This document shows positions 29,789 through 37,620 of a stretch of DNA of 64,000 bases, piece after piece. Below the pieces are notes generated by a model. The model ran no database searches. It was given only the letters and a program-made list of their open reading frames with translations, and was not told the DNA's origin. The translations under genes and the position numbers were made by a program. Each line of letters begins with the position of its first letter. Within the stretch, counting starts at the first letter, position 1. This DNA is from Turneriella sp. (GTDB lineage: Bacteria; Spirochaetota; Leptospiria; Turneriellales; Turneriellaceae), in the NCBI GenBank assembly GCA_965279515.1, contig CBDIID010000003.1:1408001-1472000 (forward strand), read 5' to 3'.

Positions 29789-31459
29789 TTACAGAAAATG
29801 CGGCGCTGGTTTACTAAGAAAATATCCCTGCCACAGGGAGATATTTATCCTCTTTAGATAAATAAGCTCGGCTTCGGTTTCTACGCCTTCTGCGAGAATC
29901 ACGATGCCGTTTTTATGCGCAAAACCCACGAACGCCTCCACGATGTCCTGTTTAAATTTATCTGTGTCGATGTCGCGCACCATCAGGGCGTCGAGCTTAA
30001 CGTAATCCGGCTTAATGCGCACAATCTGGTTAAGGCTCGAATATCCGCTGCCGGCGTCGTCAATGGCGATGCGGATGCCCAGCTGACGGAAAAAATTCAG
30101 ATTGCGGTTGAACTCCTGGTAATTATCAATGATCTCGCGCTCGGTAATTTCGAAGACCAGGCGATCGGCGGGAAAAGGTCTTTCCTGGGAGAGCAGGAAG
30201 AATTTAAACTCAGGCGTCAGAATCGACAGCGGTTCGACATTGACGAACAGTAGATTTCCCGCAGGCATCGACGCCGCTGCCTTGACAGCTGCCTGAAAAC
30301 AGTTAAAGTCCAGGGCGGCGGTCTGCGAAAGTTCTTTTGCCACCGAAAACAAGAGCTCCGGATTTTCGATTCTGCCGCCTTCGGGCCCGCGGCTCAGCGC
30401 CTCGTAGCCCAAAACATAACGCTGGCCATTCTTCTCACCAAAAATTGCCTGAAACATGGTGCGCACATTGCCGGCGCGGATGAATTCCGTAAACTCACGC
30501 CTGAGCTCGATATGCTGCGCTTCGGTTTTACGGTGGGCCGTCCATTCGGCGTCGCGCAGCGCACGGTAAAACAGACGAATGAACGGCAGCGACGCCTTGT
30601 AGAACATCTGTCCGTAACCGACATTGACAACAAATTCCTTCAGCGTGCGCCCGCTGAAGACATACTCAAGTTCGGTGAGGATTTTTGTCTGCAGGCTGCG
30701 GATCAATATCTCCATGGTTTCAGGATTACTCTTCTGGTGGCCTTCGCGGTCGACCTGAACAATGACAATCGAATTCGAAAGCGGACGGTTCATCGTGATG
30801 AAGTATTCTTTCGAAATGAAAAATCCCTCGATCCTCTTGAGAATCTCGGCGACGGCCTTAAGCAACTGATCGAAGGCTTTCCAGCCATAAATCTCATCGC
30901 GGTCGTGCAGCGGCGCGACATCGAGATAGATAATCAGCAGGTGCGCTTCCTGACCCAAGGCTCGTTTGATCTCGTCGATCGTGGCATAAAGTGAAGGCAG
31001 GCCCGTCACCGAATCGGGCGCGTGGGCATCGAGTGCAACAGCCTGCTGCGCCAGCAGCAGTTGCTGGCCCATGAGGTTAAGATTCATGCGCGCTTCGTGC
31101 GAACGAATACTCATGAGTTCGCGCACGGCGACCAACAGCTCTTCGGTGCGGTATGGTTTTAACAGATAGTCATCCGCCCCACTCTCTACCGCCTTAGCAG
31201 GGTCGCCGTAAGCTGAGATCAGCAGAATCGGCACGTCGCTGCATTCGGGCACCTTGCGCACTTTTTCACAGAACTCATAACCCGACATCAGCGGCATAAC
31301 CACGTCGGAAACAATCAGGTCGGGAACTTTTTCCGAAATCGCAAACAGCGCGGCTTCAGGGTTGGTAAACGCGCTGACTTCGTATTCGGTGCTTAAAATA
31401 CTTTCAGAGAGTGCGAGCAGTACGGAATCATCGTCGACGAGAATAAGGCGCTTAGGCAC
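29789..31459 (-). CDS. Response regulator receiver + degenerate GGDEF + EAL phosphodiesterase
   Basis: ILVDDD, DLIVSDVVMP and KP receiver motifs. YEALSR, FVNV, FEITE, IDDAGSG, VKLD and AEGVE EAL motifs. Confidence 0.9.
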   Translation of the reverse strand: MPKRLILVDDDSVLLALSESILSTEYEVSAFTNPEAALFAISEKVPDLIVSDVVMPLMSGYEFCEKVRKVPECSDVPILLISAYGDPAKAVESGADDYLLKPYRTEELLVAVRELMSIRSHEARMNLNLMGQQLLLAQQAVALDAHAPDSVTGLPSLYATIDEIKRALGQEAHLLIIYLDVAPLHDRDEIYGWKAFDQLLKAVAEILKRIEGFFISKEYFITMNRPLSNSIVIVQVDREGHQKSNPETMEILIRSLQTKILTELEYVFSGRTLKEFVVNVGYGQMFYKASLPFIRLFYRALRDAEWTAHRKTEAQHIELRREFTEFIRAGNVRTMFQAIFGEKNGQRYVLGYEALSRGPEGGRIENPELLFSVAKELSQTAALDFNCFQAAVKAAASMPAGNLLFVNVEPLSILTPEFKFFLLSQERPFPADRLVFEITEREIIDNYQEFNRNLNFFRQLGIRIAIDDAGSGYSSLNQIVRIKPDYVKLDALMVRDIDTDKFKQDIVEAFVGFAHKNGIVILAEGVETEAELIYLKRINISLWQGYFLSKPAPHFL

Positions 31460-31468
31460 TGCTAACGC

Positions 31469-32299
31469 TTATTTTCCCGCGGGCTTTTTATCCGTAGCAG
31501 GGGCGGGACCGCCCGTTTCTTTCTTATCGTCTTTGCTCAGGTGCTTTTCGTCGATTTCGTTGCGGTACTGCGCGCGCAGCTGCTTCTTCTCGTTCTCATC
31601 TTTTGCAAGTTCGATTTTCAGATAGATCGAATGCAGGCGTGCCAGGCGGTAATGCGCCAGCGCCTCTGCGTAGCGGCGGTGTTTTTCGGCATTGGAAGCC
31701 TGCGTCAGCTGCTGGTAGCCGACAGAAAGCCGGTGCTGGTTCTTCTGCACAATACCCGCCATACGGATGGCGTCCGCGCTACCCGTGTTTTCAGCCTGCA
31801 TGTCGAGATCGGCCATGCGGTCGGCGCTCTGGTTGAGCATTTCGGTTGTTTTCTTGCGGAAAATCTCGCTCGCCTTCCCCATAGCCGCGGCAATATTTTC
31901 ACGGTTTGTGCGCAGCGTTTTTTCTGCACCGACATATTCCATTTTATAGATGAGTTTCAGCGCGTCCTTATACTCGGTCGAAATTTTATCCGAGTCGCCT
32001 TTATCGATGGCCTCAGGCAAAGAATTGCCGAGCGCATTCAAAAGCTGAATGTCGCGCATGTTGTCGTCCTTCAGCTTCAGCGCTTTTTCGCGTGCATGCA
32101 CCAGGTCGAGGTAAGTGGTCTCTTTGGCGCCGCTCTTATCGCCCTCGGTCGTCGCGTTTTTCGCGTCAGGCTTTTTACCTACGCCTGCCGAACCGCTGCT
32201 TTTCGGCTTGACTGTATCCTGAGATGCCAGCGCATTTGCGCTTAGAAAAATGAGTGTCCCCAGCGTGGCGATGAAATGGATTTTACGAACAATTTGCAT
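31469..32299 (-). CDS. Hypothetical exported alpha-helical protein
   Basis: 276 aa, signal peptide ending ANALA, charged helical body. Confidence 0.7.
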   Translation of the reverse strand: MQIVRKIHFIATLGTLIFLSANALASQDTVKPKSSGSAGVGKKPDAKNATTEGDKSGAKETTYLDLVHAREKALKLKDDNMRDIQLLNALGNSLPEAIDKGDSDKISTEYKDALKLIYKMEYVGAEKTLRTNRENIAAAMGKASEIFRKKTTEMLNQSADRMADLDMQAENTGSADAIRMAGIVQKNQHRLSVGYQQLTQASNAEKHRRYAEALAHYRLARLHSIYLKIELAKDENEKKQLRAQYRNEIDEKHLSKDDKKETGGPAPATDKKPAGK

Positions 32300-33080
32300 A
32301 GTCGTACCCTTTTCTGCGCGGCTGCACAGTCAACCAGAAACACCATCAACCATCCTCTCCCCCCTCCCTACAGCCGAAGGCGGAGAGGGGGGTGGGGTTT
32401 TAGCGGCGGTCGACAACTACCAGCAACCCAATTTAGGCGAACGGGAACGCCGGCGCAAGCTTTCGGCGAACGACAAAGCGCTCGAAGCCTTTTTCGCGCG
32501 CAACCTGCCCCTCGGCTGGAAGTTTGATTTCCAGGGGAAATCCCTCTCGCTGACACGCAATGCGCCCGTTTACCTGCTAACCATACCCACCGACGAATTC
32601 CGGAATCTTTCCAAACCGGCATTATTGACGCTTGCCAAAAACCAGGGGAGAAAGCGCGAATGCACGATGGAGTTTCTCGTCGAGCGCCACGACGACATTG
32701 CCCTGATACGGCAAAAGGTGCGCCTGTTCAAGGAAATCCGCGCCGACATCGCGAAGGCCTATGACCGCCTGAGACTCAAACACGTGTGCCGCGGATGGAC
32801 TGCCCTGGAATGCTCGCTAACGCAGGGCGCCGGCCGCGACGCGGCGCTGGAATACCTGACGACGCGGAAGATTCTCGCGGAAAAACTGGAAGTTACGCCG
32901 GTCTACCGCATCGGCACACTCTACCTTTACCCGAAAAAAAACCAGTGTGTGTTGCCCGCGCATGACTGGTACGTGACGAATACGCTGTTTCCCGAAAACG
33001 CGCGCATGCTGCCTTTCGAGGCGGGCGAAGAAGTGGAGATTATCCTGCGCAATATGCTGCAGCTGACGCTGTGGGAATAA
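32271..33080 (+). CDS. Hypothetical protein, probably exported
   Basis: Long ORF with host-like codon usage. Signal-like MKWILRTICIVVPFSARLHS. Start uncertain because it overlaps the divergent gene. Confidence 0.6.
   Translation: MKWILRTICIVVPFSARLHSQPETPSTILSPLPTAEGGEGGGVLAAVDNYQQPNLGERERRRKLSANDKALEAFFARNLPLGWKFDFQGKSLSLTRNAPVYLLTIPTDEFRNLSKPALLTLAKNQGRKRECTMEFLVERHDDIALIRQKVRLFKEIRADIAKAYDRLRLKHVCRGWTALECSLTQGAGRDAALEYLTTRKILAEKLEVTPVYRIGTLYLYPKKNQCVLPAHDWYVTNTLFPENARMLPFEAGEEVEIILRNMLQLTLWE
32354..32398. repeat. Single REP-like hairpin unit in frame within a CDS
   Basis: CCTCTCCCCCCTCCCTACA-GCCGAAGGC-GGAGAGGGGGGTGGGGT, about 45 bp, read as LSPLPTAEGGEGGGV. Confidence 0.6.
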
Positions 33081-33082
33081 CC

Positions 33083-33158
33083 AGGTAAGTTCTGAAAAAG
33101 ACAAAATTAGGAGCGCTTGGGGCATCGCGGCCGCGCATAACTTTTTCAGAACTTACCT
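33083..33158. mobile_element. 76-bp MITE-like element with perfect 18-bp terminal inverted repeats
   Basis: AGGTAAGTTCTGAAAAAG (33083-33100) and CTTTTTCAGAACTTACCT (33141-33158) around a 40-bp core, between convergent stop codons. Confidence 0.6.
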
Positions 33159-35217
33159 AGCGTTGCAAAAACTTTAACAGTTCGGCAAACGGCATCGGCC
33201 GCGCGAGCAAAAAGCCCTGCATGATATCACAGCCATGCGAACGCAGATAATCCCGCTGCTCGCTTGTCTCGACACCTTCGGCGATCACCTTGAGGCGCAG
33301 GTTGTGGGCGAGGCCAATAATCGTCTGGACAATCGCTGCGTCGTCGGCATCGTCCATGATGTCGCGCACAAAGGATTGGTCAATTTTCAGATAATCAATC
33401 TTCAGCTGGCGCAGGTAACTCAGCGATGAGTAGCCGGTGCCGAAATCGTCGATGGAAAATTTTACGCCGAGATCCGAAAGCCGGCGCATCGTCGTAACTG
33501 ACTTCTGCGTATCCTGCATCAGTATACTCTCGGTAACCTCCAGCTCGAGGTGGTTCGGCTGAATGCCGTTTTTTTCCACAATCGCCTCGACCAGTTCGCA
33601 AAACTGCGGATGCTGAATCTGCGTGGCGCTGACATTGACAGAAATTCTCAGCGATTCAAAACCCGCCTGTTTCAGGTCGCGGAAACGCCCTGCCACTTCG
33701 CTCATCACCCAGGCGCCGACTTCGGGAATCTGTCCCGATTCTTCGGCGACCGGGATAAACCGCGCCGGTGACACCGCGCCCCATTCGGGATGGTTCCAGC
33801 GCAGCAGCGCCTCACAGGATTCTATTTTTCCGCTGGCGAAATTCAGTTGCGGCTGGTAATGGACTTCGAGCTCACCGCGAACGATAGCCTGCCGCAAAGC
33901 CGTTTCAATTTCGAGGCGCTCGTGCGTGACCCGGTTTAACTCCTCCGAAAAATACTGGAACTGGTTGCGCCCGCTCTCTTTGGCATGGTACATGGCGATG
34001 TCCGAATTCTTGAGCAGCTTCTCCTGCGTCGCACCGTCACGCGGATAGACGGCGATGCCGATGCTGACCGAAGCCTGCATCGACGCCTGAGCCAGGTGAA
34101 AGGGTGCTGCGAGCGCATCGCAGATTTTATGCGCCACATGCGCCGCCTCTTCGGGATGAATAAGCTCATGCAGCAGTATGATAAACTCGTCACCGCCCTG
34201 GCGCGAGACGGTATCGATGCTTTTGACGGACTGCGTCAAACGGCGGGCAACTTCTTTCAGGAACAGGTCGCCGTGCTGGTGCCCGAACGAATCGTTAATT
34301 TTCTTAAAATGATCCACGTCGAGAAACAACAGGGCAAATATCGCCTGGTGCGTTTCGGCAAGGGCAATCGTTTGCGCAAGCCTGTCTTCAAACAGCGCAC
34401 GGTTAGGCAGCCCTGTCAGAATATCGTGCTGTCCTAAATAACGTATCTTCTCTTCAGCGCGTTTACTTTCGGTGATATCGCGCGCCACCAGCACGATCGA
34501 ATCTTCATTGAGTTTCGAAAGTTTTGCCGCAAACCAGATCTCCTTGCCGTTGATGTCGAGCGTGTAGCGGATCTCCACAGGTTCATTCGATGCCAGCGTG
34601 GATTTAACATGCCGCAGGAAATAATCCGCCTGATCGGCCGGAAAAACATCATGCAGCGTCATTCCCAGCAGCTGATCGGACGGCCGGTAGAGCAGGTCAG
34701 AATTGGTCGCCGCGATTTCGATATAACGCCCGCCTTTATCGAGCACCAGAATCACATCAGTAATCGCTGCAAACAGCGAACGCAGTTTGTTTTCACTTTT
34801 CCTTAAGGCGCTCTCGGCCTGTTTGCGTGCGGTGATGTCGCGGGCCACGACGAGAGTTGAAAAATGCCCGTTGTAAACAGTACCCGAACTCGAGACTTCG
34901 ACGTCTACCCGGGTGCCGTCAAAACGCACGAACTCCATCTCTGCGACGGGCAGCTTGTAATCGCCCTCACGGACTTTTTTGATCCGCTCAGAAACGAGAC
35001 CGCGGTATTCCGGTGCCGGAATATTCAGCACATCCATACCCATCATCTGATCGAGCGAGGCGCCCATAAGCTGGAGGCAGGCAGGATTCGCATAGGCCAG
35101 CATACCTGAGTAATGGACAAAGATCGCCTCGCGCGAAGACTCGACGATGCTGCGAAAACGATGCTCGCTTTCGTGCAATGCCAATTCGGCAGTTTTAATG
35201 ATATCTTCTGAAGCCAT
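33157..35217 (-). CDS. PAS-PAS-GGDEF-EAL diguanylate cyclase/phosphodiesterase
   Basis: Two PAS domains ending ARDIT, HDILTGLPNR, RQGGDEF, CEALLRW, IDDFGTGYSSL. Confidence 0.96.
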   Translation of the reverse strand: MASEDIIKTAELALHESEHRFRSIVESSREAIFVHYSGMLAYANPACLQLMGASLDQMMGMDVLNIPAPEYRGLVSERIKKVREGDYKLPVAEMEFVRFDGTRVDVEVSSSGTVYNGHFSTLVVARDITARKQAESALRKSENKLRSLFAAITDVILVLDKGGRYIEIAATNSDLLYRPSDQLLGMTLHDVFPADQADYFLRHVKSTLASNEPVEIRYTLDINGKEIWFAAKLSKLNEDSIVLVARDITESKRAEEKIRYLGQHDILTGLPNRALFEDRLAQTIALAETHQAIFALLFLDVDHFKKINDSFGHQHGDLFLKEVARRLTQSVKSIDTVSRQGGDEFIILLHELIHPEEAAHVAHKICDALAAPFHLAQASMQASVSIGIAVYPRDGATQEKLLKNSDIAMYHAKESGRNQFQYFSEELNRVTHERLEIETALRQAIVRGELEVHYQPQLNFASGKIESCEALLRWNHPEWGAVSPARFIPVAEESGQIPEVGAWVMSEVAGRFRDLKQAGFESLRISVNVSATQIQHPQFCELVEAIVEKNGIQPNHLELEVTESILMQDTQKSVTTMRRLSDLGVKFSIDDFGTGYSSLSYLRQLKIDYLKIDQSFVRDIMDDADDAAIVQTIIGLAHNLRLKVIAEGVETSEQRDYLRSHGCDIMQGFLLARPMPFAELLKFLQR

Positions 35218-35306
35218 CTAGGATTACGCAGCTGCCGGGCTTATGCTGTGATTGGACAGCAATTGCCATGCCGGGAATAAAACGACAAGATTCTGACCCG
35301 AACCTG

Positions 35307-35912
35307 CTACATTGCGGTCATGCGTGAATGGCCGGTAAGCTTCTCCATTTCGCCCAGCCACTTGCGAACATGCGGATAATCCGCAAGGTCAAAACCACCC
35401 TGATCGGCGACATGCGTATAGGCATAGAGAGCAATATCGGCAATCGAAGCCGTTGCCGCTCCGAACCAATGATGTTCGCGCAGGTGATCATCCATGATCG
35501 AAAGAGCCTTATACCCTTTCGGTAAATTGGCGTCATACTCGGCGCGGCGTTCCGCTATGGTGTTAGTAATACTTTGTATTGCCCGGTTCACGGCAATGCG
35601 GGGTTCGTGATCGTACTGCTCGAAGAACATCCATTGCAACACGTGCGCCTGCGACAGCTTATCCTGCGGCCAGAAGGAGCTACCCTGCGCGAAGTAATAG
35701 AGAATCGCGTTCGACTCGGGTAGATATGAACCGTCTTCAAGCTGCACCAGCGGTACGCGCGCATTCGGGTTCATTTTTTTGAACTCCCCGGTTTGCGTTG
35801 CCTTGTGCCGGGTATCAGTCTCAATCCACTCGTAGTGAATCTTCAGATAGTCGAGAATGAGTTTTACCTTATGGCAGTTTCCCGACGAAGACATTCCCCA
35901 GACGCGTATCAT
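35307..35912 (-). CDS. Glutathione S-transferase
   Basis: SSGNCHKV, NPNARVPL, ESNAIL, SIADIALYAYTH. Confidence 0.92.
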   Translation of the reverse strand: MIRVWGMSSSGNCHKVKLILDYLKIHYEWIETDTRHKATQTGEFKKMNPNARVPLVQLEDGSYLPESNAILYYFAQGSSFWPQDKLSQAHVLQWMFFEQYDHEPRIAVNRAIQSITNTIAERRAEYDANLPKGYKALSIMDDHLREHHWFGAATASIADIALYAYTHVADQGGFDLADYPHVRKWLGEMEKLTGHSRMTAM

Positions 35913-36802
35913 GGCCGGAGCAGAACCTCTTTACGCGCGCACTGAGCCTGCGAACCCGTGGGTTCGCTGCCCATGTATGCCTGGCAGCTAAAAGTAAAGT
36001 TTGTCAGTGCCTCGCGCATGGGATGATCGCCGAGTTTGCCTTCGGCCTTGAGCTTCTCTGCCTTATCGAGCACGTCGTCGATGTATGAACCGAGGCAGCG
36101 CAAAACCAACGTACGCGCAGAGTAAGCGGCATAGCGCGGTTTTTCATGATCGAGATTTTTTTTCGCCCATTCGCAGATGACTTCCTTTTCCTTTTCGGAA
36201 TAGTTGTACATGTATTCGGGCGCATTGAAGGCTGCATCGGCGAGATATTCCCGTTTCGTATCGGTGGCTGCTTTTTTGATGCGGTCGAAATTTCTCAGCC
36301 GGCCCTGATACAACGCGTGCCGGTAACCTTCATTGCGCGTGGCATTTTGCGGATGGGCGTCGAGCACCTTGAAAAGTGCTGCGTCTTTCTTTTGCAATGT
36401 GGCGAGCACCGTGGTGAGCTCGGCCGCATAATAAGAGGCATAAGTCTTGTTTTGCTCCAGGCCTTTGATAAATGTGTCGGCAGTTTTCGGGCTCACCAGT
36501 TTGGGGTTTTTCAGGGCATCGCCGAGCGAGGTGCGGTAGTTATAGATATAACTCATCGTTGCCGCGGATAGTTTTTCATCTTTTGAGGCGAAAGCATTGC
36601 CGAGGTCAGGCAATGACTTCACCATGCCGTCGGCGTCGATGATTGCCTTGACTTTGCCATCTTCACCGTCGGGGCAAGAGCTGACCGAGGCATACTGCAG
36701 ATCGATTGTGCATTTTTCGCCAACAGCTTTCAGCGCGTCAGAGAGGGGTGAGGCAGAGAGGGAGGAAAAAAGCAGGGGAAACCCTAACAGATATTTAAGC
36801 AT
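35909..36802 (-). CDS. Hypothetical exported helical protein
   Basis: Signal peptide MLKYLLGFPLLFSSLSA, paired Cys, ATGA overlap with the GST gene. Confidence 0.7.
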   Translation of the reverse strand: MLKYLLGFPLLFSSLSASPLSDALKAVGEKCTIDLQYASVSSCPDGEDGKVKAIIDADGMVKSLPDLGNAFASKDEKLSAATMSYIYNYRTSLGDALKNPKLVSPKTADTFIKGLEQNKTYASYYAAELTTVLATLQKKDAALFKVLDAHPQNATRNEGYRHALYQGRLRNFDRIKKAATDTKREYLADAAFNAPEYMYNYSEKEKEVICEWAKKNLDHEKPRYAAYSARTLVLRCLGSYIDDVLDKAEKLKAEGKLGDHPMREALTNFTFSCQAYMGSEPTGSQAQCARKEVLLRP

Positions 36803-36899
36803 ATGTCAGGTTTTGAAAATTTGGATGAGAAGGCAAGTGAAGCAGCGGGATAAGCAGCGGGATAAAAGAAGTTTTGCGCACAAGCTCGCACTATGGCTT

Positions 36900-37014
36900 T
36901 AACCACCCCGCCCCTGCGGGGCACCCCTCCGGAGGAGGGGAATGCTTCGGAAAAAGCTTTGTCCCAAACTTCCCCTCCTATGGAGGGGTGTCAGGCGAAG
37001 CCTGACGGGGTGGT
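36900..37014. repeat. REPIN-like palindromic doublet, copy 1 (upstream of DUF559)
   Basis: TAACCACCCCG-CCCCTGCGGGG-CACCCCTCCGGAGGAGGGGAA...TTCCCCTCCTATGGAGGGGTG-TCAGGCGAAGCCTGA-CGGGGTGGT; 112/115 identical to copy 2. Confidence 0.92.
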
Positions 37015-37029
37015 CACACGATGTAGGCG

Positions 37030-37054
37030 GTCAGGCGAAGCCTGACGGGGTGGT
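37030..37054. repeat. Partial extra copy of the right end of the element
   Basis: GTCAGGCGAAGCCTGACGGGGTGGT, identical to 36990-37014 (40-bp period). Confidence 0.9.
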
Positions 37055-37128
37055 TCATCCACGGAATTCGCAGACCTAAAATTCTCTTGAACAATAAGAT
37101 TAGAGTATGCAACCGGCCAAAGACGACC

Positions 37129-37506
37129 ATGCGTCACACGGGTAAGTATAAGTCGCTACCGTTTAATCCAAAACTCAAGCAACGCGCGAAAGAACTGCGG
37201 CGTGCTGGAAATTTACCTGAGGTATTACTTTGGAATCAACTCAAGAAAAAACAATTGCTCGGTCTTGACTTTGACCGACAAAAGATCATTGGCAACTATA
37301 TTGTCGATTTTTACTGTGCAGAAAAATCCGTCGTTCTGGAAGTGGATGGCAGTAGCCATAACGGAAAACAGGAATACGACGCGCAACGCGATGCTTTCTT
37401 CACGAGCCTGAATCTTAAAGTATTGCATATTACGGCTGACGATGTTAAAAACAATCTCTCACAAGTGATTGAGTTTTTACAAAATCACCCCGCGTTATGC
37501 TTCTAA
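37129..37506 (+). CDS. DUF559 (Vsr-like, very-short-patch endonuclease fold) protein
   Basis: LKQRAKELRR...EVLLWNQL, FDRQKIIGNYIVDFYC, LEVDGSSH, YDAQRDAFF. Hand count about 42% GC over 37141-37500. Confidence 0.92.
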   Translation: MRHTGKYKSLPFNPKLKQRAKELRRAGNLPEVLLWNQLKKKQLLGLDFDRQKIIGNYIVDFYCAEKSVVLEVDGSSHNGKQEYDAQRDAFFTSLNLKVLHITADDVKNNLSQVIEFLQNHPALCF

Positions 37507-37620
37507 CCACCCCGCCCCTACGGGGCACCCCTCCGGAGGAGGGGAATGCTTCGGAAAAAGCTTTGTCCCAAACTTCCCCTCTTATGGAGGGGTGGCAGGC
37601 GAAGCCTGACGGGGTGGTTA
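37504..37620. repeat. REPIN-like palindromic doublet, copy 2 (downstream of DUF559)
   Basis: Perfect 11-bp TIR TAACCACCCCG / CGGGGTGGTTA; both ends are the stop codons of the flanking convergent genes. Confidence 0.92.

Noticed and set aside
36840..36865. Tandem AAGCAGCGGGAT x2
   Set aside because: Two copies of 12 bp, most likely a slippage duplication; no supportable function.
36990..37054. Two 25-bp palindromic repeats with a spacer, resembling a mini CRISPR array
   Set aside because: The spacer is only 15 bp, the repeat is part of the larger REPIN-like element, and there are no cas genes in the window.
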